64,000 bases of DNA, taken from positions 1,440,001-1,504,000 of the forward strand of contig CAVRVY010000004.1 in assembly GCA_963724765.1 (NCBI GenBank), in the 5' to 3' direction. The position numbers and the translations under genes were made by a program. The stretch is from an uncultured delta proteobacterium (lineage in GTDB: Bacteria; Desulfobacterota; Binatia; Binatales; Binataceae). Shown piece by piece: positions 27,400 through 37,418 of the stretch (position 1 is the stretch's first letter; each line of letters opens with the position of its first letter). The notes under the pieces were generated by a model. That model saw only the letters and a list, made by a program, of their open reading frames with translations, was not told the DNA's origin and did not search any database.

Positions 27400-28332
27400 T
27401 CAGCCCGCCGAGCGGCGCACGCCGGCGTCGGCCGACCAGTCGGAGCACACGATGCACTCTTCGGCTAACTTGCCTTCCGCGGCCGCCGCTTTGTCGTCCT
27501 CGGTCTGATACGTCGGCTCTTCGGTGCGCTCGGTGCGGTTATCACCTTCGCCCGCTCCGGCATGTTTCCAGGAGTGATCGGCGCTCCACTCGAACGGCAG
27601 CATCTTGATCGAACCCGGCGTCTGAAGCGTCTCGAAGGCACGCAAGGTTTCGATCATGATCTGGCGCTGGAGCCGGCGGTCGAACGCCTTGCCCGCCGTA
27701 TGTCCCAACGGAAAATCATCGAAGACCGCTCGCGGCGGATTGACCGCGCGCGTGATGTCCAGCGCACTGCTCATCGTCATCGTGGGAAAACCGGCCGCTT
27801 CAGCGTGACGTGCGATCAGTCCGACGGACTGATGACACACGGGTCAAACAGGCACCAGCAGCGCGAGGTCGGCGCGCTCGGCCACCAGCCGTTCGGTAAT
27901 CGCCGGGGCCACTTCCTCGCGCACGCGGCGCGACGAATAGATTCCGCCCATGAAGGTAAAGGCGTGTTCGGTCAGTCCGCCGATGAATCCGTCTTGCACC
28001 AGGCCGCGGAGAGTATCGATCGGAAATACGACGTTGGGGTCCTTGCGCGCGTCGGTCTGGTCGTAAGCGAAATGCGAGGTGCGGAGTTCCTCCGTGCGGA
28101 CGTCGGTGGGAATGAGCCGCAAGCTCGTATCGTCCTTGGAATGAAAGGCGACCTGTCCGTGGCGATAGATCCCGCCCGAAGCGATCAGCGCCACGCGCGA
28201 TTGGTTAAGCGGCTTGCGAACCGGCTGCCAGGGCGGCGGGTCGGTGTTATAGACCCATCCGTAGGGTTTGTAGCCGAGCTTGGCATACTGCCTCGTGATG
28301 CTCGCGATATATTCGACCGGTCGTTCAGCCAT
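27400..28332 (-). CDS. PrdB/GrdB-family (proline/glycine reductase selenoprotein B-like) selenoprotein, 310 aa, Sec at UGA 27846-27844
   Basis: Two in-frame ORFs separated only by TGA, reading LLVPV-U-PVCHQSVGLIAR; also VALIASGG, DPNVVFPID and FPLGHTAG motifs; hairpin just 3' of the UGA. Confidence 0.88.
27809..27841 (-). promoter_or_regulatory. Bacterial SECIS-like hairpin
   Basis: After UGA: CC-CGTG-TGTC-ATCAGTCC-GTC-GGACTGAT-CG-CACG; 8-bp upper stem, G first in the loop, loop 18 nt after the UGA. Confidence 0.75.
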
Positions 28333-28445
28333 TCACGCGCTCCCGTGACAATCATTCTAACCAAAGCGGTATCTGCATGACAGCGGCATTACGGCGGCAG
28401 CACAGCGACGCGGCAGCCGTCGCGCCGGTCAACGCTAATTCTTGG

Positions 28446-29585
28446 CTAATGGCCTGCCGCGAGTTCGCGAAAGATCAGGATCTTCTGCACCTCGTTGGTA
28501 CCGTCGTAAATCTGAAACACGCGCGCGTCGCGATAGAATTTCTCGACCGGGTAGTCGTTGATGAAGCCGTAGCCGCCATGGACCTGAATCGCCGCCGAGC
28601 ACACGCGCTCGCACATCCGGGAGGCGAACAGCTTCGACATCGAAGCCTCCTTGATGCAACGTACCTGCTCCTCTTTCAGCGCGGCGGCGTGACGGCACAT
28701 CTGGCGCGCCACTTCGATCTCAGTCGCCATCTCGGCCAGCTTGAACGCGATCGCCTGATGCTCCGTCAGCTTTTTGCCGAACGCCTCACGCTCCCGGGCA
28801 TAAGCGAAGGCGGCGTCGAAAGCGGCGCGCGCGACGCCGATCGATTGCGCGGCGACGCCGATACGCCCGCTGTCGAGGCCGGAAAACGCGACTTTCAATC
28901 CGCGTCCAGGATCGCCGAGCATATTCTCGGCCGGAACTTCGAGATTCTCGAGCTGGATCTGGCAGGTGTCGTTGCTGCGATGGCCGAGCTTGTGCTCGAC
29001 TCGGAGCACATGGTAGCCGGGTTCGTCGGTGCGCGTCAGGAACGCGGAGATGCCGCGCTTGCCGGCCTCAGGATCGGTGACTGCGATCACCACCGCGACG
29101 GCGGCCGAGCGTCCCGAGGTTATGAGGGATTTCGTGCCATTGATCACGTAACGGTCGCCGCGGCGCACGGCGCGAGTGCGCAGATTGGCCGCGTCGGAGC
29201 CGGCTTGCGGCTCGGTGAGCAGCATGCAGCCGAGCTCGCGGCCGCTCGCCACCGGAGTCAGGAAACGATCCTTCTGCTCCGGCGTGCCGAAATCGCGGAT
29301 CTTGAAGCCGTAGGAGTTGCTGGCGCTGACCATGTTGCAGACACCGGCATCGCGGTAGGCGAGTTCCTCCGTCGCCAGCGCATAGGAGGTGAAATCCGCG
29401 CCGCTGCCACCCCATCGCTCCGGAATGCACACGCCGAATAGTCCCAGCGCGCCGATCTTGCGCAGCGTGTCCAGCGGTACCGTCGCGTCGCGGTCCCATT
29501 GCGCGGCGAAAGGAGTGACCTCCTTGCGGACGAACTCGCGCGTCATGTCGCGAATCGCAATCTGCCGCTCGGTGAGCTGGCTCAT
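28446..29585 (-). CDS. Acyl-CoA dehydrogenase
   Basis: LTEPQAGSDA, INGTKSLIT, GRIGVAAQ, HGGYGF..YPVEKFYRD; IYDGT has Asp where the catalytic Glu usually sits. Confidence 0.92.
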   Translation of the reverse strand: MSQLTERQIAIRDMTREFVRKEVTPFAAQWDRDATVPLDTLRKIGALGLFGVCIPERWGGSGADFTSYALATEELAYRDAGVCNMVSASNSYGFKIRDFGTPEQKDRFLTPVASGRELGCMLLTEPQAGSDAANLRTRAVRRGDRYVINGTKSLITSGRSAAVAVVIAVTDPEAGKRGISAFLTRTDEPGYHVLRVEHKLGHRSNDTCQIQLENLEVPAENMLGDPGRGLKVAFSGLDSGRIGVAAQSIGVARAAFDAAFAYAREREAFGKKLTEHQAIAFKLAEMATEIEVARQMCRHAAALKEEQVRCIKEASMSKLFASRMCERVCSAAIQVHGGYGFINDYPVEKFYRDARVFQIYDGTNEVQKILIFRELAAGH

Positions 29586-29723
29586 GCGCCCACCCCCCGG
29601 CGCCGAGGCGCCCAAACCAACCTGACGAATTCTGTTTGCATCACAGACCCGCTGTAGCAACGTTGATGATGAATTTCAAAGGTTGCCGCGCTGTTGTTAA
29701 GCTGCACGGACGAGGCAAGCGAA

Positions 29724-30506
29724 ATGGACTTTGAAACCATAATCACGCAGCAGGCAGGTCCGTCGTTCATCGTCACGCTCAACCGGCCGCATCGGCGCAA
29801 CGCCGTGGACCTTCAAATGATGGAGGAAATAATCGCGGCGGCGCGGCAGGCCGAGGCCGAGCCGACGGTGCGCGCCTTGATTATTACCGGCGGCAACAAC
29901 TACTTCTCGGCCGGAGCCGATCTCAACGACGCGCTGGCGGTCAAATCGCCGGCTGCCGGCGCAGACTACTTCGGCCGCTGGCATCACCTCAACGCGACGC
30001 TGGAGAAGCTGGGCAAGCCGGTGATTGCCGCGATCGAAGGGTTTTGCATGACCGGCGGCTGCGAGATGGCGCTCGCGTGCGACATCCGGGTCGCCGGCGA
30101 GGGGGCGAGCTTCGCCATTACCAGTTCCCGCATCGGCACCGTGCCGGGCGCGGGCGGCACTCAGCGTCTGCCACGTATCGTGGGAATCGCCAAGGCGCTG
30201 GAGTTGATGTTTTCGGCTGAAACGATTGACGCGGCGGAAGCTTACCGCATCGGGCTGATCAATCGTCTCGTGCCCGCGGGCGCCGCGCTCAAGGAAGCCT
30301 GCGCGATGGCGGCGGTCTACGAAAAGCGTGCGCCGCTCAGCCACGCTCTGATTAAGCGAGCGGTGCGCCAGGGCATGCAGGTGGACCTCGCCTCCGCGGT
30401 GGAGTTCGAGACCTTCGTGGTTAACACTATCTACGGCACCGAGGACAAGCACGAAGGAATTTCCGCCTTCCTGGAAAAGCGCGAGGCCTCTTTCAAAGGC
30501 CGCTAG
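29724..30506 (+). CDS. Enoyl-CoA hydratase/isomerase family protein
   Basis: TLNRP..RNA, FSAGADL, GGCEMALACD, PGAGGTQRLPR. Confidence 0.92.
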   Translation: MDFETIITQQAGPSFIVTLNRPHRRNAVDLQMMEEIIAAARQAEAEPTVRALIITGGNNYFSAGADLNDALAVKSPAAGADYFGRWHHLNATLEKLGKPVIAAIEGFCMTGGCEMALACDIRVAGEGASFAITSSRIGTVPGAGGTQRLPRIVGIAKALELMFSAETIDAAEAYRIGLINRLVPAGAALKEACAMAAVYEKRAPLSHALIKRAVRQGMQVDLASAVEFETFVVNTIYGTEDKHEGISAFLEKREASFKGR

Positions 30507-30569
30507 ACATCGATTTCCGGCTGCTAGCGCCCGGCTGCTATTTTCAACCAGCCGTTAGAGGAGACGCGA

Positions 30570-31628
30570 ATGGAATTCGCAATCGCATACCCGGCCCGCC
30601 CCGATGCGTGGAAGGATCTCGTAATTGCCGAAGACCACGGATTCACTCACGCGTGGTTCTACGATTCGCAGATGCTCTACAGCGACGTCTTCGTCTGCCT
30701 GGCGCTCGCCGCGGAGCATACCAAACGGATCAAACTTGGCCCCGGCGTGGCGATCCCGTCCAATCGCATCGAGCCAGTCACCGCTCACTCGATTGCAACC
30801 ATCAACCAACTCGCGCCGGGCCGCGCGATGCTGGGGATCGGCACCGGATTCACCGGGCGCAATACGATGGGCCTGCCACCGATTCCGCTCGGCCGCCTTC
30901 GCGAGTACGTACAGAGCTGCCGGACGCTGCTCAGCGGCGATGAAGTGCTGTTCCACGAGGGCGAGCGCGAGCGATGGATTCGATTCCTGCATCCCGACCA
31001 CGGCTACATCAATATCCAGGAGCCAATTCCAATTCACATCGCAGCCAACGGCCCCAAGGCGATCGAACTGGCGGGCGAACTGAGCGACGGATGGATCACC
31101 ACGCTCTCGGACGCCGACCGGATGCGCAGTGACTTGATCCATCTAAGACGAGGCGCGGAGCGCGCCGGACGCAGCGTCACGAATTTCCCGATCATGATGA
31201 TGACGACCGGTTGCGTGCTCAAGCCGGGGGAATCGGCAAGGTCACCGCGCGTGATCGAGCGGGTCGGCCCGCGCGCGATCGTCCCGCTGCACGCGATGTG
31301 GGAACGGTCGGCGGTCACGCCGCCATGGATGGCGCGCGGCTTATGGGAACGCTATCGCGACGAGTACGTGGCCAGGATGCAAACGCCCGCGGACCGCCGC
31401 TACCTCGAGGTTCACGAGGGCCATCTCATCTATCTGAAGCCCGGCGAAGAGCGGTACCTCGACGAGGGGCTGATCCGCGCCACCACGCTGACCGGCACAG
31501 CCGAGGAAATAACAGCGCGCCTGAGGGCGTTGGAGGCAGCCGGTATCACGCAGGTCGCGATCCAGGTTGTGACGAAAGGGCGGGAGATGATCGAGGAGTT
31601 CAGTCGCGAGATAATCGCAAAATACTAA
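30570..31628 (+). CDS. LLM-class flavin/F420-dependent oxidoreductase
   Basis: AEDHGFTHAWFYDSQML, LAPGRAMLGIGTG, IAANGPK. Confidence 0.87.
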   Translation: MEFAIAYPARPDAWKDLVIAEDHGFTHAWFYDSQMLYSDVFVCLALAAEHTKRIKLGPGVAIPSNRIEPVTAHSIATINQLAPGRAMLGIGTGFTGRNTMGLPPIPLGRLREYVQSCRTLLSGDEVLFHEGERERWIRFLHPDHGYINIQEPIPIHIAANGPKAIELAGELSDGWITTLSDADRMRSDLIHLRRGAERAGRSVTNFPIMMMTTGCVLKPGESARSPRVIERVGPRAIVPLHAMWERSAVTPPWMARGLWERYRDEYVARMQTPADRRYLEVHEGHLIYLKPGEERYLDEGLIRATTLTGTAEEITARLRALEAAGITQVAIQVVTKGREMIEEFSREIIAKY

Positions 31629-31653
31629 GTGATGATATCCTTGAGACAATAGT

Positions 31654-32097
31654 ATGATCGAACACGGTTCCATTCGCGACGGCCGCGTCTTCGAATCCGC
31701 GAACGCCCTTAAGGTCACGCGCAAAATGATCGCGGACTTTTGCGCTGCGACCGGTGAAACCAATCCGCTGTATACGGATCCCGCAGCCGCGAAAGCGGGT
31801 CCTCATGGAGGCCTCGTGGCGCCGCCGCCGTTCGCCGCCATCTTCGACGACGGTGAAAATATTTTCGAGCATTTTCCCGAACTCGATACGCGCCGGCTGC
31901 TGGCCGGAATCGACGTGGAATTCCTGGCGCCGATCCGGGCCGGGGACTCGATAACGACGGTTTCCCGGGTCAAGGAAATTTACGAGAAGACCGGCCGCAG
32001 CGGCCCGATGGTGTTTATCGTCATAAGCTCGACCCTCAGGAAACAGAACGGCGAACTGGCCGCGCGCATCGATTATCGCTTCACGAATCCACTGTAG
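31654..32097 (+). CDS. MaoC-like hotdog dehydratase
   Basis: FCAATGETNPLYTD...APP, PIRAGD, EKTGRSG. Confidence 0.82.
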   Translation: MIEHGSIRDGRVFESANALKVTRKMIADFCAATGETNPLYTDPAAAKAGPHGGLVAPPPFAAIFDDGENIFEHFPELDTRRLLAGIDVEFLAPIRAGDSITTVSRVKEIYEKTGRSGPMVFIVISSTLRKQNGELAARIDYRFTNPL

Positions 32098-32114
32098 CGC
32101 CCGCAATCCGTGAT

Positions 32115-32685
32115 CTAGCTCGGCGACGAGAGATTTTCGGCGGGAACCACGACGCTGGGGTTCGGCGTCTGGACTTCGACCTGGGCTTCGGCCTTAACTC
32201 CGCTCGGCAGGTATGGTAGGACGCTGAGCCAGGCCAAAGGCGGACCAAGAAGCAGCGCTACGGTTGCGTATAGCCAGGGCACAAACAAAGCAGGAATCGT
32301 GGTGACCTGCGCCGCCAGGGCAACCCCCACGTAACAGGCAAAGCCGAAGAAAATCCCTGGAATCAGCCCAAAGACCGGAATCCGCGCAAGGTAGAACAGA
32401 CCGAGCGCCATTACGAATATGATGAGGCTGTTGGCGAGCGCCACCGAGCCCACGATTGGATCGATCTTGAAAGTAAGCGCGAAGAAGATAGCGCCGGCGA
32501 CGGTACCGACGATCAGGGTCGGGTACAGCTTCTTGATGCCCTCCATGTTCGGAGCGATCAGAAAAGCGCCGGCCCAGGTGACGTAGGTCGCCCATTATCG
32601 GCAGCTTGGTGTAGATGGAGAGCGGGATGGTGAGAGCTGCAAGAGCGGCGATAAACCATTCCATGGGAATGGGGTTCTTTTGCAT
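32115..32685 (-). pseudogene. DUF1097-like membrane protein with a +1 frameshift near 32595
   Basis: Removing one A joins MQKNPIPMEW..KLPI to WATYVTWAGAFLIAPNMEGIKK..IPGIFFGFACY; total length is 570+1 nt. Confidence 0.7.
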
Positions 32686-32848
32686 CGCGCAATTCTCCCT
32701 TCTCTCAGAGATTCGCGGCGACCCCTGTGGAACCGAGTCTGTTGGCGCGACCGCGCGGCACGACCACGTCGTCGATTACTCGCATACCTACGTAGCTTCT
32801 CCGCTTGCGTCAAGTGCTACGCAGCCCCAGGTTTAGAGCTGTTCGATT

Positions 32849-33316
32849 CTACTTCTTTGCTGGCGGACGGGTCATGCTGCCCATCGCCTGCGCCCCAGTC
32901 ACTTTGACCGGGTACTGGGAATAGTTGGCCTTGAGCTCGATCATGTATTGATCCGGATCGAGAATATATATCGAGGTCCCGAACCCGGTCGCACCATAGA
33001 GTTCGCGAAGCGGTGAAGCCGTTTCAACCTTCTTCTCGGCCAGATATTCGACGATTTTGTTCATGTCGCCGCGAATGCTCAGGCAGAGATGATCGATGCC
33101 CCGCTGCGTTCCCTGACCCAGACTGGCGCCTGCGGGCAGCACGCAGAGGTCGATCAGGTTTCTGCCGCAACGAAGCTGATAGATGCCGACGTCATCGATG
33201 ATCCTTTCCAGGCTCAGCCCAAGTACGTCCACATAGAAGCCCAGGCTGCGTTTTATATCCGTCACTCGCAGGACCGCGTGATCGATTCCGTCGAATTCCA
33301 AAGGACGTGTCGACAT
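32849..33316 (-). CDS. VOC/glyoxalase family protein
   Basis: IDHAVLRV..SLGFYVDVLG, DHLCL, YGATGFGTSIYILDPD..IELK. Confidence 0.87.
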   Translation of the reverse strand: MSTRPLEFDGIDHAVLRVTDIKRSLGFYVDVLGLSLERIIDDVGIYQLRCGRNLIDLCVLPAGASLGQGTQRGIDHLCLSIRGDMNKIVEYLAEKKVETASPLRELYGATGFGTSIYILDPDQYMIELKANYSQYPVKVTGAQAMGSMTRPPAKK

Positions 33317-33397
33317 GCCGACTTCCCCATTGTTGATGCCACATTGCCGGTCATGCGCCGACCGGGCTCTGCCGGATACCCTCTCCTGGCGTGACGT

Positions 33398-33871
33398 CTA
33401 CTTGAGTGCGACGACCAGTTGCTTGGCCCATCCTTCGTCATAAGGGACCGCCAGCCTCAGGTTGATCCGCAAGTGTTTATATTTCCACTGGCCATTGAGC
33501 TTTACGTACTCGTCCTTATATTGCAGCGCCAACCACCTCGCTTGTTGACCCTGACGAAACCTGAAAGGGCCCATGAAGTACCATTCGCCGGTCGCCGTGT
33601 CGCCATGGACTTCAATGATTGGATTCATGACATTGTGTTGCGAGAATTCGATCAGTTTTTGAAATCCCTGGAAAAGTTTGCGGATTTCCGCGTGCCCTCT
33701 GCCAGTCCCAAACTCGGCGCTTTCCCAGACCCCGTCCTCAGCGAACACGGAAGTGATTCTCTCTGGATTGTGGTCGTCGTCGCAGATCTCACAGTATCTG
33801 GCCTTAAGTTGTTTGATTGCCTCGATGTCTTCGAGGCGGGTCAATCGCCCCTCGATTCCCTCAAGATCCAT
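33398..33871 (-). CDS. SnoaL-like/NTF2 protein (BaiE/LinA-like)
   Basis: LEDIEAIKQLKARYC..CD, QHNVMNPIIEV.GDTATG.W; AGGAG before ATG 33871. Confidence 0.85.
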   Translation of the reverse strand: MDLEGIEGRLTRLEDIEAIKQLKARYCEICDDDHNPERITSVFAEDGVWESAEFGTGRGHAEIRKLFQGFQKLIEFSQHNVMNPIIEVHGDTATGEWYFMGPFRFRQGQQARWLALQYKDEYVKLNGQWKYKHLRINLRLAVPYDEGWAKQLVVALK

Positions 33872-34241
33872 GCTTTGATCTCCTATGTTGGCATCTTTCC
33901 TTGCAGGCAAGCGGGGTTGCCGGGAAATGACCCCAGTTATCCACAGTCGTTCAGAGAGTGCCAGAGTCTCATCAACTGCAACCGTCGGCAATCACGCAGA
34001 AAATTTTCCTCCCGGCATGAGAAATAATTTCAAAGCATGGGTTCTCTTCTAACTCACTGAAGGCAAATGGAAGCAGACGAACGAACAGAGAATGAGTGCG
34101 CACTGACGTAAAGCAAATGCGCCAGTTCCAAGATTGTCGAAAGATCGACTGCAAATTTTTACAGCCGGGCACGTGATGGCGCGAGCTTCGCTCGCGATAT
34201 TCTGCATTTAAGTTCACAAATTGAGGCTGGCCTTAGCCTAT

Positions 34242-34257
34242 TGGCATGGTGTTTGCT
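34242..34257 (+). promoter_or_regulatory. Sigma54 -24/-12 promoter for the ExeA-LysM gene
   Basis: TGGCATG-GTGT-TTGCT (GG-N10-GC), about 30 nt before ATG 34289. Confidence 0.7.
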
Positions 34258-34288
34258 CCAACCATCCAGCGGACAGGCACAAATTGCT

Positions 34289-35863
34289 ATGTACTACCAA
34301 CACTTCCGCCTGACGGGTCCGCCGTTCGAAGCCGCACCGGGTTCTGAAGCGCTCTACCTGAGTCGAGCTCATCGCGAGAGCCTGGCAGCGCTGGAGTGGG
34401 GTTTGCTGCACGAGCCGAGCGGCTTCACCACGCTCACGGGTGAGACCGGAACGGGCAAAACCACCTTGGTGTGCTCCATACTCGCGCGCAATTTCGCACA
34501 GCTGCGCGCCGCATACGTGATTAATCCGAGGCTCTCGTTCGAGGACATGTTACGAGTCGTTCTCGGACAGTTCGGCGTTCAGTATGCGGGAACTACCAAG
34601 CTGGACCATATCGAAGCACTTGTCGGCTTTCTCGAGCGTCGGCCGCCGCAAGAACGGCTGGCAATCATCGTCGACGAGGCCCAGGACCTGAGTGACGACG
34701 CTCTCGAAGAGCTTCGCCTGTTATCGAATTATGGCCAGCAGCTCGGCAGATATCTGCAGCTCGTCCTGGTCGCGCAACCTGAACTGGCCGTGCGCCTGAA
34801 GCTCCCGTCGTTGCGTCAATTCAATCAGCGAGTCGCCGCTCGCTCGGTGCTTAGCCGGTTGAGTTTCGATGAAGCTCATGAATACCTCGGCTATCGGTTG
34901 CGGGCGAAGAATGGACGCTCGAGGGACATCTTCGATTCGGACGCTCTTGCCTATCTGCTTCGCCACAGCGATGGCATCCCTCGGCAAATAAATGTGCTAT
35001 GCCACAACGCTATGCTGCTGGCGTATTCATCTGGAAAGCTGCGCGTCGATCGCGATACCGCCAGGGCGGCTGTGGCCGAGTATGGCGACTCGCTATTGAG
35101 CGGATTTGGAGTACCGGCTATTGCGCGAAAGTGGGACCGATCTATGTCCGTTGGCGCGGCTGCGTTGGGTCTGCTTCTGTTCGCCGGGTATGCCTACAAG
35201 GAGACGCCCAAGGATATGCCGCGGACCAACCGCAACGCGCCAGTCACAGTCGCGCTGGAGTCAAAAGCACCCCCCAAGGAGATAGCGAAACCAGTAGCGG
35301 TCAGCGCAGCGCCCTTGCCGGCGGCCTCGCCCGCCGCACGATCAACCTCGGAAAATCCGAAGCAGGACGCTTCGAGCAAGCGACCGGAAATAGCAACTTC
35401 CTACCCTCAAAAGACGCAACTGGATACCAGTGCCGCGATCATCCTGCCTGCTCTGTTGCCTGTCGAGTCAGCCATGGAGCAGGAAGAGGGCAGCGCCCGG
35501 CAAGCAGTTCACATATCGATGCTATCTCCTGCGCCAGTGGTCGATCAGAAGCGCGGCATTATGCAGAAGCGCGGCATTACGGTCAGGTATGGAGACACGC
35601 TCGAACAATTGTCGCTTCGGTATCTTGGCTCACGATCCGCAATGAATGAGCTCATAGACGCTAATCCGCAGATAACGGATATCAATAAAATATACGCTGG
35701 TCAGGAAATCCATTTGCCCGCCGGACCTCATTCAGGCGCCAGCGGGATATCCACTGCCCAGGCCACGCCTCGACGATCGGCTTCCTACGTCAGCGACACC
35801 GCGCGCGGCGATGGCCCGAATGGCTTCGATGCTACACGCACTGCCGGGGTTGACGAAAAATAA
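34289..35863 (+). CDS. ExeA/GspA-type AAA ATPase with a TM helix and C-terminal LysM domain
   Basis: MYYQHF, GETGTGKTT, IIVDEAQDL, GIPRQINVLC; LysM VRYGDTL...ANPQI.DINKIYAGQEIHLP. Confidence 0.88.
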   Translation: MYYQHFRLTGPPFEAAPGSEALYLSRAHRESLAALEWGLLHEPSGFTTLTGETGTGKTTLVCSILARNFAQLRAAYVINPRLSFEDMLRVVLGQFGVQYAGTTKLDHIEALVGFLERRPPQERLAIIVDEAQDLSDDALEELRLLSNYGQQLGRYLQLVLVAQPELAVRLKLPSLRQFNQRVAARSVLSRLSFDEAHEYLGYRLRAKNGRSRDIFDSDALAYLLRHSDGIPRQINVLCHNAMLLAYSSGKLRVDRDTARAAVAEYGDSLLSGFGVPAIARKWDRSMSVGAAALGLLLFAGYAYKETPKDMPRTNRNAPVTVALESKAPPKEIAKPVAVSAAPLPAASPAARSTSENPKQDASSKRPEIATSYPQKTQLDTSAAIILPALLPVESAMEQEEGSARQAVHISMLSPAPVVDQKRGIMQKRGITVRYGDTLEQLSLRYLGSRSAMNELIDANPQITDINKIYAGQEIHLPAGPHSGASGISTAQATPRRSASYVSDTARGDGPNGFDATRTAGVDEK

Positions 35864-36042
35864 AACTTGAAGTTTGGCGTCCACGAACGCGCGCCGGGTA
35901 AAGCCACCAGGCCGTGTGGATGCTGACCGGGCGCATGAACGCGCCCAGCCGCATTGACGCGACGCTGTCATTGTCTGACGCTAGGGTCGAGCGCTGGATG
36001 GGATCATTTCGCGTTTTCCAGACTCCGAGATTCGTGCGCAGG

Positions 36043-37242
36043 TCAGAGCGACGAAAGCGCGCGCATTGTTCTCGCGACGGACTGTATCACTCCCGGTCCG
36101 AGAGCGTTGCTGAACTGCGAGCGGTTCCCCTGCTCTTGTCCCAGCCGCGCAAGATTCTCTCCCAGTTCCATTTGCGTCGGTTCCCAGTGACGCAATGCCG
36201 CAGCTACGTCGCGCCCATGCGCGCGCAGGCCGCGGCCTAGAGCGACGGCATTGGCACACGCCTTGTACGTGCTTGCCGCCGGGTGCGGGCGTGGAACGAA
36301 AGCCGCGTCGCCGAGCAGGCAGACGCGCCCAAAGGCCATCCGCGGCACCGAGAGATCGTAAATGGGCTGGATGAATGGTTCTGCTGTGACGGCGAACAGA
36401 CGCTGGAAGATTTCCGGTAAGACGCGAGCCGCCACCTCACGCTGGCGGCGCCAGAGCGCCGGTTCGACGGCGCCCTGGGGCACTGAGTAGTCGTGAATCA
36501 GTCCGCTTCGATCGGTGAGAGTTTCCCGAAGCTGTTCGCCTTCGGGCACATTCCAGTACCATACCCAGTTGACCCGACGCTCGCCCGCAGCGGTCTCACC
36601 CGCTGGCCCGGGAACGAAATAGCTCAACATCTGGGTATGTCGGGCGTGGAAGAAGGTGAACTTCTCCGCCAGGAGATCGCCCGCCCAATCGGTCACCTCG
36701 CGCTCGCCGACCATCCCGCGCCAGGCCACATAGCCGGCGTAGCGGGCAGCTACGTCAGGCAGCAGCAGGCGGCGCGCCGTCGAGTTTGCGCCGTCGGCGC
36801 ATACGAGCAGATCGCAGGCTTGCTCGCGGCCGTCCTCGAGGCCGGCGTACACCCGATCGATGTGCTGCCGGATTTCCATGAGCCGGGTTCCATAATGGTA
36901 ATGAGCTTGGGGAAAGGCGCGCTTGAGGTGACGGTAGAGCGAGTCCCAGGAGGTCATTAGCTGGGGGCTGCTCTCGGTCCAGGTAACGCTTCCGTCGCGA
37001 GCCAGAAGCTGTCTCGCCCACGAGCGCACGCCGAGATCATCGGGAATAGCGCCGCAGTGCTCCGTGACGAAGTCAAGCACCTCGTCCTGAACCACCAGGC
37101 CTGCGCCTCGTTCCTGCATTTCGCGCGGCGATTTCTCGAAAATCTCGACTGCGCAGCCGGCGTCACGCAGGACCAGGCCCGCAAAGAGACCCGCCATCGA
37201 TCCGCCGATGACTATAGCGTCGAGCGGTTTTGATTCGTCCAC
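36043..37242 (-). CDS. FAD-dependent monooxygenase (2,6-dihydroxypyridine 3-monooxygenase-like)
   Basis: IGGSMAGL, ADGANS, YAGYVAWRG, LLGDAAFVPRPH; GTG 37242 chosen as start. Confidence 0.85.
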   Translation of the reverse strand: MDESKPLDAIVIGGSMAGLFAGLVLRDAGCAVEIFEKSPREMQERGAGLVVQDEVLDFVTEHCGAIPDDLGVRSWARQLLARDGSVTWTESSPQLMTSWDSLYRHLKRAFPQAHYHYGTRLMEIRQHIDRVYAGLEDGREQACDLLVCADGANSTARRLLLPDVAARYAGYVAWRGMVGEREVTDWAGDLLAEKFTFFHARHTQMLSYFVPGPAGETAAGERRVNWVWYWNVPEGEQLRETLTDRSGLIHDYSVPQGAVEPALWRRQREVAARVLPEIFQRLFAVTAEPFIQPIYDLSVPRMAFGRVCLLGDAAFVPRPHPAASTYKACANAVALGRGLRAHGRDVAAALRHWEPTQMELGENLARLGQEQGNRSQFSNALGPGVIQSVARTMRALSSL

Positions 37243-37418
37243 GGCGAGGTCAAATCTCTCAACCCAGACCAGGAAGTTGAACAGGTACGAATCCCGGGCC
37301 ATAGTTCGCGCCGCACGGAAAAATGTCAAGTATGAGCGTTTATCCGGATCAGCGGACGGATGCAGGCGAAAGCAAAGGCTCGCTATACCACGAGCCGAGC
37401 ACAGGGTATCATCGGGTC

